From IMG/VR virus record IMGVR_UViG_3300029479_000005: a DNA stretch of 58,493 nt; one strand, 5' to 3'. Position 1 is the first letter of the stretch; each line of letters starts with the position of its first letter. The DNA is from a virus. The notes beneath the pieces were generated by a model. It was not told the DNA's origin. It saw only the letters and a list, made by a program, of their open reading frames with translations, and searched no databases. Shown here piece by piece: positions 20,501-27,491 of the stretch. The position numbers and the translations under genes were made by a program.

Positions 20501-21234
20501 AAGAGAAATTCCAAGAAATTGTTTCTATAGCCAGCACGGTTTTAGGTTCTGCCGGTTGGGATGAACTCGGCGAATATATGGTTGATGGATTAATTGAGGG
20601 TGTAGAAAGCAAACAACCTGAATTTCTTAAAACTTTGGAGAGTCTTATTTCTGCCGGAACGGAAATAACTCAAGATACTGCCGAGATACACTCACCATCG
20701 AGAGTATTTGCCAGAATTGGCGAATATATGGTTGAAGGTTTGATAGGCGGTATTACTAATCGAAGTGATGATGCTTCTAAAGCGAGTGCGGATATGGCAC
20801 GCGGTACAATTCAGTCTGTAAGCAGATTGATAAGTGATATGTCTACAATAATCGATAGCGATATGGAGATAACACCAACCATAAGTCCTATTTTGGATAT
20901 GACAAATGTGCAGAATGGGCTTAATCAAATGGATAGCACACTTTCGGCAAACAGAAGTATTGCTCTAGGAATGAGTGTTGTGTCTAAAAATCAAAATGGA
21001 TTAGCATATCAGTTTGGTGATGCTATATCAAAGTTGGCAGATGCGAATACACAATCGAACGGTCAGATTGTAGACGCAATAGACGGTTTGAAAAGCGATT
21101 TATCTGACTTGGTAGATAGAGTAAGTCAATTACAAGTCGTGATGGATACAGGCGAATTGGTCGGCGCAATAAGTCCTGAAATGGACAGAAGTCTTGGTGT
21201 AGCAGCAATGATGAAAAGGAGAGGTAATATATGA
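11509..21234 (+). CDS. tail tape measure protein, 3241 aa
   Basis: An N-terminal tape-measure core (AYGLDAAAKVASQL...TKGKIDFATFAAAMDD). A long multi-TM segment of about 600 aa. Coiled-coil repeats. Two copies of the C-terminal motif IHSPSR(A/V)F..IG.Y..EGL..GI. Confidence 0.9.
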   Translation: MSTEIDSRIVEMRFDNKHFEENVATSMSTLDRLKEKLKMKDAATGLENISSAAKKVDLSGLDSAIDSVKIKFSSMQVIAATALSNLTTSAINAGKKMTSALVDPLIEGGKKRALNIEQAKFQLEGLGVAWNTIKDDINYGVKNTAYGLDAAAKVASQLVASNVQVGDSMRTALRAVSGVAAMTNSEYEDIGRVFTTVAGNGRLMGDQLQQLSSRGINAAATLANYLGKTEGEIRDMTSKGKIDFATFAAAMDDAFGEHAKEANATFTGSMSNMRAALSRIGADIATPAFQDLRDIFNTLTPIIDKVHTALGPLISDIEKGMRLATDFVINKLNGFSDSFLTSNWDRLKAKISDTGVAFDDFQNGLIETAKSHNIAIDDMIQKEGSFENTLKSGWLTPDLIAETLKNFTNGISETTSEVVNFEEVVNRVINGDFGNGVERINRLTEAGYDYATVQGLVNDVLKGNAVNFEKVVDVQQKFTDGVSEATGEVVNLKDVVDQVINGDFGNGIVRVNKLTEAGYDYATVQGLVNDVLWGNAVNFEKMSDAQLESLGYTEEQIQLLHQLGEEAERTGTPLNELILNLNRPTGISLLIDSIRNAVQGITKIINTVKAAWNDVFASNNTNLLYLMVNAIHSFSEKLIMSDENADNLRRTLRGLFSALDIIKNIVTGGLKTAFDIINAILAGFDLNILAVTAKIGDAITNFRAWYKEHNLLATALKKLTSIIKNAIQFVKEFVSKFKEIPQIQSIIEKVKDIAVKALEKIGEMSEKGQEKILSFIDKLKSLNSISLKDIKIAFKGFKDNIFEYFLNFDNLSKNVKNIFGTLKAKISSSLEATGSSFDGLKAKINSFVHFIQTKFSKVGIGEVLTVGFGVSLIASIRLVSKALDKIMGPFNAVSKVAGKVNGVLSKTQDVLKSYSEKIKSESLKNVAISIAILAGSLVVLAQVDPAKVWSAVGALIVLSGALVGITALTSKIGKVEKFSVNILAISAAILMLVFALKDLNKLDPIRTVQSLAVVLTMILGLIAAISLLSNTAPQTKSSALTILAIAVSIGILANALEKIDKQNPSGKSILVLISIMGALAGLIAITNLVAKDTVKAGVSMVGIAAALLILCTAFNKIDQLKITTKTIGNLIVMVGALTALMAATRLAGKNATKAGVGMIGVASSIFIMIEVLKRIDSVKITSKKVETLIGIMATLSLLMVATRLAGKNATKAGASMLLIAISIGLLAGVIAVLSLVDPSGLDRGLKAVSVLGLVVAGIIASTKLASTCKESLITLTVAIGILVAGLGVLAMIEPESLKNATVAISTVLAMFAVVLAASNLISESYKSIIVMTVAITALGAMLYLLSAIDSGSMLASAQSLSLLMLSLSASMLIISKAGKVSLSAIGSLALIGLVVAELATILAVMNGLNVAPSMETAKALSLLLGTMTGVLVVLSLVGAGATAAFTGIGVLAALIAAVGGIMIGLGALMEYVPKCQEWLDTGMVILEKIGNGIGSFFGGIVNGFNTSASSDLSKVGINLSAFMNSIQPFFDGLSKIDESTLTKLKPLTNFMKDFKSFDTNENSMTEIESQLITFGEALKGFGASISGINIDEINVASNAAKAIAEVNKILSKYKTTNISDFGAQLEPFGRSLKAYGESVDGLNVEAIELSAEAASALSELASALPNSGGWAGMFAGNNDIDDFGAKLIPFGRALKNYGDAVDGVNSESIEESVKAGQALSDLANALPNSGGWAAAFAGDNDIADFGAKLIPFGKAITEYGNSVSGIDVDSITKSTTAISALSELASALPNSGGFAAAFAGDNSIDAFGSKLISFGESLKTYNEQVSDMDTSGIERVNDFINSFNALSQSMSNGNLKAFSDSSITDNLKTQFKAFGDVIKSFNDSIKGMDTKGLEASANAGKSIAEISKITSEGKLGRIFSDGNGEGFKADLKAYGEAIKDYGKAVKGMNTENIAASATAANSIFKVAKTMSGDGTINRIFTDDATAEQFKNDMRVITDILQTYGVGSLSIDLGHIEASKEAFNDIKDFVVNIPDIDDNTDNITNLKKKMQIIDSILQTYGVSSRSIDLGNVQASKEAFNDIKDFVVNIPNIDDDTDNINNFKQRMTAISSILKTYGGSIKDIDLGNVQASQNAFDNIKSFVTNIPSLDDNATNIETFEKQANTISKILSSYSINTKDIEVSTVYTAKQAFDSIKEMLSNMSSVTDYSANIESFKEQIDKIIRMLKDFNEDIVNVDFNNIQSATTTCESLAGLASSVSDNDGNLEAFGNSLIAFGEKLSEFSNTIGEVDLSGISANINDLTTSIQNSATQIGDGFVNSLNTAGSQIVQAATDMINSAISAITGATSNFQTEGTNLGDAIASGLTAASGNVTAAAQSVASESVSSVSQYDGQYRAAGYNMAAGLASGISAGNSLAVDAAVNMAKSALAAAKEELGIHSPSRAFMAIGRYIGEGLANGIRDNAYRAVDETEASAAKVKSVAKKSFDDVEKWVEEAKSFDELSLAEELEIWDTMISKYSEGSEERLKAEKNAYAVLKELREEDYQNSKDWIDKEKDYNRMSTKEELEAWKRVQERYIEGTDERAEIDKKIYDLKHELIDGDVYALEREIQANDDLIASLEEETVAYSNAVKEGIYLRKLLKDAEYSTSKNWIETEKDYNRLDTKGELEAWERVQARYEDGSEERIEIDKKIYDLKHELIDGNIDALEDEIEANKRLIATLEEGSVAWSNAVKEGEYLNKLLVDANYQNSMDWIQDQEDRGEYSLADKLAWNTRMLNKYGKRDKETRKKYEKEIYATQKEIYNAYKDFLDDCQNVKDDYVEKEKELNEKLEQDIKELEDNYSDTLDSRIQSLYNAYGLFDKVEQKGKTSVSELTKNLQDQVAEFEDWDDTLQQLSKRGLNQALIEELQEMGPSAIANIRGLNSMTDAQLSQYANLWAEKHKEATDRATDELTDLRKETNSQIKELKTTYNSDLDELKKDTDEKLSELKDAFLKNIGAIKDDTEEKFQEIVSIASTVLGSAGWDELGEYMVDGLIEGVESKQPEFLKTLESLISAGTEITQDTAEIHSPSRVFARIGEYMVEGLIGGITNRSDDASKASADMARGTIQSVSRLISDMSTIIDSDMEITPTISPILDMTNVQNGLNQMDSTLSANRSIALGMSVVSKNQNGLAYQFGDAISKLADANTQSNGQIVDAIDGLKSDLSDLVDRVSQLQVVMDTGELVGAISPEMDRSLGVAAMMKRRGNI
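12742..13164 (+). repeat. in-frame tandem repeat inside the tape measure, 2 copies of about 70 aa (…VINGDFGNG(V/I)(E/V)R(I/V)N(R/K)LTEAGYDYATVQGLVNDVL…GNAVNFEK)
   Basis: Near-identical peptide and nucleotide copies, seen directly. Confidence 0.8.
14869..15230 (+). repeat. in-frame tandem repeat inside the tape-measure TM region, 2 copies of about 59 aa (KIT(T/S)K…ATRLAGKNATKAG…)
   Basis: The 45-nt stretch ACCAGATTAGCAGGAAAAAATGCGACAAAAGCAGG recurs at about 14938 and about 15115. Confidence 0.75.
16200..17010 (+). repeat. in-frame tandem repeats inside the tape measure: 3 strong plus 2 degenerate copies of about 60 aa (ALPNSGG(W/F)A..FAG(N/D)N(D/S)I(D/A)(D/A)FG(A/S)KLI(P/S)FG)
   Basis: Seen directly. 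Confidence 0.8.
17467..18230 (+). repeat. in-frame tandem repeats inside the tape measure: about 4.5 copies of about 56 aa (…ILQTYG…IDLGNVQASKEAFNDIKDFVVNIP.IDD.TDNI…)
   Basis: Seen directly; the first two copies are nearly identical. Confidence 0.8.
18958..19900 (+). repeat. in-frame tandem repeats inside the tape measure: 2 strong plus 2 degenerate copies of about 101 aa (DWI(D/E).EKDYNR..TK.ELEAW.RVQ.RY..G..ER.EIDKKIYDLKHELIDG…)
   Basis: Seen directly. Confidence 0.8.
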
Positions 21235-22181
21235 TTCAATCGATAACATTTTTTAAAAGTCCTGACGATATTCTAAAATCACATGATAAGAATACAAAAG
21301 TGGACTGTAAAAATACATGGGATGATTGGCATATATTAGCCGAATCCCGTCCGGTCTTTGCGCCACCCGAACCAAAGACGAATTATATAGATGTACCGGG
21401 AGGAAACGGATCTCTGGATTTATCGGAGGCTCTTACGCGTTACCCAACGTACAATAACCGTACCGGTACATTTAAATTTAAGGTTATGAATGATTACGAG
21501 GTCGGTAACCGCATTGTTTTAGAGTCGAATGATCGTAATCGTTGGGCTCAAAGGTATTCGGAAATTATGGAGTATTTACACGGAAAATGCTTATATGCGG
21601 TTTTGGACGATGATCCAACATGGTTTTATCAAGGGCGTTTTACAGTAGATTCGTGGGAGTCAAATGATACTTGGTCTGTTATAACAATCGGGTACAATGT
21701 GAATCCATTTAAATGGAATGTATCATCATCTACTTCTGATTGGCTGTGGGATCCGTTTAACTTTGAAACAGGAGTTACTTGGGATACCATATGTACCGAT
21801 ATAGAAATAGATAATCAAAATGGATTTAGTGAAATGCAATTTCCACCATATACTTTGGATTCCGATTCAATGAATACTTTCTTTGGCGGTGTTCCGATTT
21901 CACCAACGATAACATTTAAACCAAAATGCCCGACTCATCATAACTTATTAACCTATAATAACGGAATATTGAGGTGTCCCAAAAGCAGTTGCGGTGAATT
22001 GGATAAAGGTATAGATATTCGATTTGTCAATTCATATTTGGATATTGACATCACAATGAATTTTAAAGGCGGAACAACATTTGCTCCTGATTTCATTTTC
22101 TATGGACAAACCAGACCGTATAAAATGTATTTTAAAGGAGTAGGTACTGTTTCAATAGATTTTAGAGTGGGGAGGTTATAA
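21231..22181 (+). CDS. putative distal tail protein (Dit)
   Basis: Immediately downstream of the tape measure with an ATGA overlap; 316 aa; siphovirus gene order. Confidence 0.55.
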   Translation: MIQSITFFKSPDDILKSHDKNTKVDCKNTWDDWHILAESRPVFAPPEPKTNYIDVPGGNGSLDLSEALTRYPTYNNRTGTFKFKVMNDYEVGNRIVLESNDRNRWAQRYSEIMEYLHGKCLYAVLDDDPTWFYQGRFTVDSWESNDTWSVITIGYNVNPFKWNVSSSTSDWLWDPFNFETGVTWDTICTDIEIDNQNGFSEMQFPPYTLDSDSMNTFFGGVPISPTITFKPKCPTHHNLLTYNNGILRCPKSSCGELDKGIDIRFVNSYLDIDITMNFKGGTTFAPDFIFYGQTRPYKMYFKGVGTVSIDFRVGRL

Positions 22182-22184
22182 TCA

Positions 22185-24680
22185 ATGTATAGTATAATGG
22201 GTGACGGCGTTATGATTTACAGTGATGTATCTCCTACAGAGAGCCGAAAAGCAGACAGTCCAAAACTTACGTTAAAGGACAATGCCGCAGGCTCTCTGGA
22301 AATAACTCTTCCACCGGGAAACGCCGGATATGATATATTGAAACGTATGACATCTGAAATAATCGTATATCGGGACAAACAAGAATTATGGAGAGGCAGA
22401 ATACTCTCTGAAAAAATGAATTTCTGGAATAACCGAACTTTAACTTGTGAGGGTGAACTGTCATATTTGAACGATACAATTCAACCGCAAGCAAAGTATC
22501 CGGAGGGAACGACTGTCGGAAGTTTTCTGACTTCTATTTTGGACAACCATAATAAACGATATGGCGATGATGAAGAAAGATATAAGTTTTACATTGATGA
22601 AGCATATATCTATAACTACAACGAGCCATTTGCAGAAGAAATTGTTACCGATTACGGAAAGACATTAGATGCTATAAACGAAAATGTTGTCAATGCTTTT
22701 GAATGTCATCTCTGTATAAAAAGAATCGGCGATAAGAAATACATAAGTCTGATAAAAGAAGAATATCAACTTAATGAGAACTCGCAAATTATAAGATTCG
22801 GAGATAATCTTTTAGATTTCACAAAGAATTGGGATTTAACAGATTTGGCAACGGTCTTAATCCCGAGAGGTGCAACCATAGAACAGGAATCAACCGAGGA
22901 TTCGGATGCGTTTGATACTTATGTAACACTGTCCGATATTCCTAAGGGAGATGTGGTTGATAAAGAAGAAATCGGATATTATGAGCGAGATAAAGATGGA
23001 AAACTTACTCACAATGAAGATGGAAATTTGATTTATATTTATCCCGACAAAAAAGACGAAAATGGAAATTTAGTCTATAAATACAAAGTGGATAAAAACG
23101 GTTATATTACTATTGAAAGTAAGACGTTGGATAACTCGGTTACTGTTCCGACGATACGAGTAGACACAAAAACAAATAAGAAAGATACCGTTATGGTTGA
23201 ATTTCTTGATTACAGTATTGATAGCGATAATAAGGTTACATCTACGATTACTGCTAAGATCGAAACAGACGGAACATATGCGAATGTGTACTTGAAGAAC
23301 GAAAACGAGGAGTTCTATTGCCTTAAAGATATATACGGACGAGTCGAAGCCGTTGCAGATTTCAGCGAGGCAAAGGATTCAATCGAACTTTTAAAGAAGA
23401 CACGAGATTATATAAAAGAACATCAGTTTGACCAAATGACTCTTGAAGTATCGGCAGTCGATTTGCGATATTTGTCGAATATTAACGAGCCGGTAAAAAT
23501 TCTTGATCGTATAAGATGTATTTCTTATCCACACGGAATGAATACCTTGTTTACGGTAACTGAACTGAGCATAGAGCTTGATAAGCCTGACAGTGCAAAA
23601 TATACTCTCGAAAAGACTCTTTTGAATACTTCAGGTACATCTTCGTTATCTGAAACAATGAGTTCGGTGTCTTCGGAGATAGAATCACCGCATTCTACAA
23701 TATTAAAGAACGCACAAGCAAACGCCGATAAAATGCTGAGGGAGAATACAAACGGTTATGTGTCATTGATTACAAATAATCAAAATGGACAACATTCAGA
23801 GGCTTTAGTCGTATCTTCAGGTAAGGACTATACACGTTCGGAACACTTTTGGATATGGAACGTTAACGGTCTCGGTCATTATACGGAATATGCCAATCAG
23901 GATGCTCCTCAAGGCGATGCCGATGATAAAACCGATACCTTTTGGAACAACGGAAAACCATATAAGCTAAATCTCGGTATAACTATGGACGGTGCGATTG
24001 TCGCGAATCGTATAACCGTCGGTCATATGAGTGCCGATAGAGTTCGCACAGGTGTATTAATGTCGCAAGACGGAAATGTCGTGTGGAATTTGAATAAAGG
24101 CGGAAGTATGGTTATAAAGAAAGGCTCTATAGATTTGGGAAATAGCTCATTCAGTGTTAATGACAATGGAGAATTAAGAGCTGTTAAAGGTTATATAGGT
24201 GGTTTCGTCATCGAGGCGGATAATCTGCATAATGACTGTATAACTTTGGATAAAAGCGGACTGGTACTCGTCAATGAAAAAACGAATGTCGGTAAAATCG
24301 GAACAACTCAATGGGAAAACGAACCGAGTAAAAAGATTCTGTCTATGAGCTTGGAACCCGATGGCGCTGCGATTGTTTGGGGATATAGAGAAAAGCCTAC
24401 TGATGAAAAATATACTGCTCAGTTTATTTATGCAGCTAAGGATTATGCACAGTATGAAGCAGGAAATTTCTATATGCACGGAAATTTGGATTTGAGAGGT
24501 CGCGAGTTGAAGAATTTTGTAATAGATCCAGTAAACAGTAAGAACAATATATCTGGCAGTATTACATTAGATGATCCAATTTTATTGGTAAAACCAGGTT
24601 TTATAACTGCAGATGGAACAGTCGATTATACAAAAACAATAAGTGTAAAGATTCAAAATGGTTTTGTCGTAAATAGGTAA
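22185..24680 (+). CDS. putative tail-associated protein (Tal) / tail tip protein, 831 aa
   Basis: Called by position after the distal tail protein and by size; no lytic domain recognised. Confidence 0.55.
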   Translation: MYSIMGDGVMIYSDVSPTESRKADSPKLTLKDNAAGSLEITLPPGNAGYDILKRMTSEIIVYRDKQELWRGRILSEKMNFWNNRTLTCEGELSYLNDTIQPQAKYPEGTTVGSFLTSILDNHNKRYGDDEERYKFYIDEAYIYNYNEPFAEEIVTDYGKTLDAINENVVNAFECHLCIKRIGDKKYISLIKEEYQLNENSQIIRFGDNLLDFTKNWDLTDLATVLIPRGATIEQESTEDSDAFDTYVTLSDIPKGDVVDKEEIGYYERDKDGKLTHNEDGNLIYIYPDKKDENGNLVYKYKVDKNGYITIESKTLDNSVTVPTIRVDTKTNKKDTVMVEFLDYSIDSDNKVTSTITAKIETDGTYANVYLKNENEEFYCLKDIYGRVEAVADFSEAKDSIELLKKTRDYIKEHQFDQMTLEVSAVDLRYLSNINEPVKILDRIRCISYPHGMNTLFTVTELSIELDKPDSAKYTLEKTLLNTSGTSSLSETMSSVSSEIESPHSTILKNAQANADKMLRENTNGYVSLITNNQNGQHSEALVVSSGKDYTRSEHFWIWNVNGLGHYTEYANQDAPQGDADDKTDTFWNNGKPYKLNLGITMDGAIVANRITVGHMSADRVRTGVLMSQDGNVVWNLNKGGSMVIKKGSIDLGNSSFSVNDNGELRAVKGYIGGFVIEADNLHNDCITLDKSGLVLVNEKTNVGKIGTTQWENEPSKKILSMSLEPDGAAIVWGYREKPTDEKYTAQFIYAAKDYAQYEAGNFYMHGNLDLRGRELKNFVIDPVNSKNNISGSITLDDPILLVKPGFITADGTVDYTKTISVKIQNGFVVNR

Positions 24681-24687
24681 TATTTTC

Positions 24688-24716
24688 TTGCATAAATTTA
24701 AAACATATGCTATAAT
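24688..24716 (+). promoter_or_regulatory. sigma-A-type promoter TTGCAT-N17-TATAAT
   Basis: Perfect -10 box with a 17-nt spacer, 40 nt upstream of the 24756 gene. Confidence 0.6.
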
Positions 24717-24755
24717 CAAATATACAAAAATTATATTAATTAGGAGGATAAGGTT

Positions 24756-25751
24756 ATGAAAAAGATGATATGTAAAATACTATCGGCTATAATGATACTG
24801 ACAAGTGTAACAGCTATTTCGGTATCGGCCGATGAAGCTGTTCCGACTACCTCTACTGTGTTGGTAAACGGGAATAACATTAAATTTGATTCTTATAATA
24901 TTAACGGAAACAACTATTTTAAACTTCGTGATTTGGCATATGTTTTAAACACAACAGAAAAACAGTTTTCTATAGGGTATAACGAGGTTTTGAATACGGT
25001 TTCATTGACGAGTCGACAGCCATATATCGCTGTCGGAGGCGAAATGGAAATCGGAGATGGTGACAATGTTCAAACAGAGCCTACGAGTTCTACGATTTTA
25101 AAAAACGGCGAAGTGGTTCAATTGCAGGCATATCTTATCGATGACAGCAATTATTTTAAGCTGAGAGATATAGGTGAATTGTTGGATTTCAGCGTAGAGT
25201 GGAATGGTGAAGAAAATAGCATTTCAATAGATACTTCTAAGAGTTATGTTTCAGAGAATGAAGGTGATAAAGTGACTGAAGATACATATTACTCTCAATA
25301 CAAAACTGGTGAGTTTGTTGAAATAACAGGTAAACTGGTTTCTATCGAAAAAATTAAAGAGGTGATTTCAACATCCGATAATGATGTGTGGTTAGGATGT
25401 TTGAAAAATGCGGAAAACACTGAATGGATGGTATGTTTAAATGTGGAGGAATATGGAATAGGGCATAAGAGCGATTTTGAAGGTTGCCTTTATAGTGATG
25501 TGAAAATATCTGGAATATATGAAGGGTATTCAAAAACGTATGAAAAACCTGTCATAACATTATATGCTATGACTTGCTCTAATGGTAATAGCGTAAATGG
25601 TATACGAAAGGTGGAAGAAATGCTCAATAACGGACAAATACCTATAGAAAGTGAATTTGATCCATATGTAGGTGGGATGTCCATTGAATACATGAGTAAA
25701 GAGATGCAGTATCACTTGAGAGGAATAAAACGTAACTTACAATTAGTATAG
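24756..25751 (+). CDS. secreted protein carrying two copper-amine-oxidase-N-terminal-like ('stalk') domains; a moron-type accessory gene
   Basis: Signal peptide MKKMICKILSAIMILTSVTAISVSA. A repeated motif reads VNGNNIKFDSYNINGNNYFKLRDLAYVL, then KNGEVVQLQAYLIDDSNYFKLRDIGELL. The gene has its own promoter and terminator. Confidence 0.65.
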   Translation: MKKMICKILSAIMILTSVTAISVSADEAVPTTSTVLVNGNNIKFDSYNINGNNYFKLRDLAYVLNTTEKQFSIGYNEVLNTVSLTSRQPYIAVGGEMEIGDGDNVQTEPTSSTILKNGEVVQLQAYLIDDSNYFKLRDIGELLDFSVEWNGEENSISIDTSKSYVSENEGDKVTEDTYYSQYKTGEFVEITGKLVSIEKIKEVISTSDNDVWLGCLKNAENTEWMVCLNVEEYGIGHKSDFEGCLYSDVKISGIYEGYSKTYEKPVITLYAMTCSNGNSVNGIRKVEEMLNNGQIPIESEFDPYVGGMSIEYMSKEMQYHLRGIKRNLQLV

Positions 25752-25774
25752 TTTTATAAAGAATAAGAGCCTAT

Positions 25775-25816
25775 ATCATAACGATACGGGCTCTTTTGTA
25801 CTTTTTATGCCTGTGA
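25775..25816. terminator. hairpin terminator (AAGAGCC...GGCTCTT followed by T-rich sequence), shared by convergent transcription units
   Basis: 7-bp stem read directly; it sits between the convergent ends of the 24756 gene and the minus-strand gene 25805..25927. Confidence 0.5.
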
Positions 25817-25927
25817 TAGTTTTTTGATTGCATCAGTTATTTCGCTAAGCGAATTCGGATGGACATTGGCATATATAAAGCATAAACCAAGCGCAACCGT
25901 TGTTATTATAGCAGCATTTGTATCCAT
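25805..25927 (-). CDS. small hydrophobic protein (40 aa; MDTNAAIITTVALGLCFIYANVHPNSLSEITDAIKKLSQA)
   Basis: Translated by hand; AGAGGAG ribosome-binding site 8 nt upstream; one predicted transmembrane helix. Confidence 0.35.
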   Translation of the reverse strand: MDTNAAIITTVALGLCFIYANVHPNSLSEITDAIKKLSQA

Positions 25928-25946
25928 GCAGACTCACTCCTCTCAA

Positions 25947-26123
25947 TCAATGTAATAAATTTTTAAAAAATGATAATAACGGCGATATTACAACAGAAAC
26001 TTTGTATTTTTCAACAAAACCGTCAATTCCGCCACATTCTGTAAAGACGTAATGGTTAAAAGCAGCAGCACCGCATACGTCTTTTCCTGCATCATTCTTA
26101 TACATAAAATCATTTGCTTTCAT
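25947..26123 (-). CDS. small Cys/Gly-containing protein (58 aa; MKANDFMYKNDAGKDVCGAAAFNHYVFTECGGIDGF…)
   Basis: Translated by hand; AGAAAGGAG ribosome-binding site. Confidence 0.4.
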   Translation of the reverse strand: MKANDFMYKNDAGKDVCGAAAFNHYVFTECGGIDGFVEKYKVSVVISPLLSFFKNLLH

Positions 26124-26143
26124 ATGTGTAACTCCTTTCTATT

Positions 26144-26296
26144 TTACATGTTTAAAGCTTTTTTTAATTCTTCTTCGGTATATCCGAACATATAATCTTC
26201 GTCATATCCACTGGACATCCATATATCGGCGGCATCCCAGACACATAAGGATTCATCATCTTCCCAGTCATCGGTTGGTGGGTTTAATTTTGGCAT
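26144..26296 (-). CDS. small highly acidic protein (50 aa; MPKLNPPTDDWEDDESLCVWDAADIWMSSGYDEDYMFGYTEEELKKALNM)
   Basis: Translated by hand; AGAGGAGG ribosome-binding site 9 nt upstream. Confidence 0.4.
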   Translation of the reverse strand: MPKLNPPTDDWEDDESLCVWDAADIWMSSGYDEDYMFGYTEEELKKALNM

Positions 26297-26334
26297 TGTG
26301 TTCAACCTCCTCTATTGATTTATTTGTTAACATA

Positions 26335-26363
26335 AATATACCATATTCTATATTTGATGTCGA
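26335..26363 (-). promoter_or_regulatory. putative minus-strand promoter (TCGACA-N17-TATATT) for the three-gene small-ORF cassette
   Basis: Read on the reverse complement; sits about 25 nt upstream of the cassette's ribosome-binding site. Confidence 0.35.
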
Positions 26364-26424
26364 TAACAATAAGTGTGAAATACACAGTCGAATTTTGCAA
26401 AAAATGAAAATGTTCTTACTGTTA

Positions 26425-26453
26425 TTTACAAAAAATGCGGATTATGATATAAT
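26425..26453 (+). promoter_or_regulatory. sigma-A-type promoter TTTACA-N17-TATAAT with an extended -10 TG
   Basis: TGATATAAT read directly; it is divergent from the minus-strand promoter. Confidence 0.6.
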
Positions 26454-26488
26454 GTTATAGAAATATTTTCGGTGGGGGTATATGTGTA

Positions 26489-26959
26489 GTGAATGTATAT
26501 AAAAAGATAAGGCAAGAAAGCGGATTATCCAGAGAAGAAGTATGTGCTATGACAGACGACAACGGAGTACGAAAGATTGATGCATCACGACTTGAACGTA
26601 TCGAAAATGATAAGTTACGCATTTATCCGAACGAAGTAGTAATTTTATCTGAAGTTTATGATAAACCTATGTTGTGTAATAAATATTGCACAGAGGAATG
26701 TGAAATAGGTAAACGATATGTTTTTCCTATTGCTGACAAAGAATTGGAACTGGAAAAAATAGTTTTACCGTTAATTGCATCACTAAATTCTATAAAACGT
26801 CAACAGGAAAGGTTAATAGAAATAAGTTCAGACGGTAAAATTGATGAGAGTGAACTAAGCGATTTTGTGAAAATCGAAACCGAACTTCAAAATATTTCGA
26901 AATCTATCGAAACTTTAAAAATTTGGACAGAAAAAGAACTTAAACATACGCAAAAATAA
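26489..26959 (+). CDS. XRE-family HTH transcriptional regulator with a C-terminal coiled coil (156 aa; GTG start)
   Basis: The N-terminus KKIRQESGLSREEVCAMT… matches the XRE HTH pattern; GGTGGGGG ribosome-binding site. Confidence 0.6.
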   Translation: MNVYKKIRQESGLSREEVCAMTDDNGVRKIDASRLERIENDKLRIYPNEVVILSEVYDKPMLCNKYCTEECEIGKRYVFPIADKELELEKIVLPLIASLNSIKRQQERLIEISSDGKIDESELSDFVKIETELQNISKSIETLKIWTEKELKHTQK

Positions 26960-27042
26960 CAGCTCCTATTATGGAAAGGAGTGATAAGTTATGATTACTT
27001 GTGAATATGGAATCAAACGTATAAAGAAATAAACAAAAACCA

Positions 27043-27074
27043 AAGAGTCCTAACAAGGGCTCTTTCTTTTTTTT
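27043..27074 (+). terminator. rho-independent terminator, member of the GAGTCCTAACAAGGGCTC hairpin family (copy 1 of 7)
   Basis: 8-bp stem, AACA loop, and a T-run. Confidence 0.7.
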
Positions 27075-27111
27075 TATGCAATTTTTCAACAACGGAGGTG
27101 ATTAAAACTAT

Positions 27112-27489
27112 ATGAAACTAATGAATGTTGAAATGGAAACTATGCTCGGACAAGTACAATCGGTACTCGGGCATGTAGACAAAGTCGGCTATGTTGCCGC
27201 CAGAAATACTCGCCTATTAAACACGGCACTTACTGAATATTTTCAAATCAAGCAAGAGCTTATAACTAAGTATGGCGAGAAAGAAATAATCAACGGCGAG
27301 CCGACAGGCAGAATAGTTGTAACTCCGAAATCAGAACATTTCAAAGAATTTGAAAAGGAGTTTTCTGAAATTGCAACTATCAAGCATGAGGTTGAGTTGA
27401 TGAAGCTCAATTACAACGAGGTCATAGGCATCTTAAGCGGTGAGGAAATACTAAAGCTTGATTGGATGCTAGAAGACGAGGAGGGATAA
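27112..27489 (+). CDS. hypothetical protein (125 aa)
   Basis: GGAGGTG ribosome-binding site. Confidence 0.5.
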   Translation: MKLMNVEMETMLGQVQSVLGHVDKVGYVAARNTRLLNTALTEYFQIKQELITKYGEKEIINGEPTGRIVVTPKSEHFKEFEKEFSEIATIKHEVELMKLNYNEVIGILSGEEILKLDWMLEDEEG

Positions 27490-27491
27490 CC

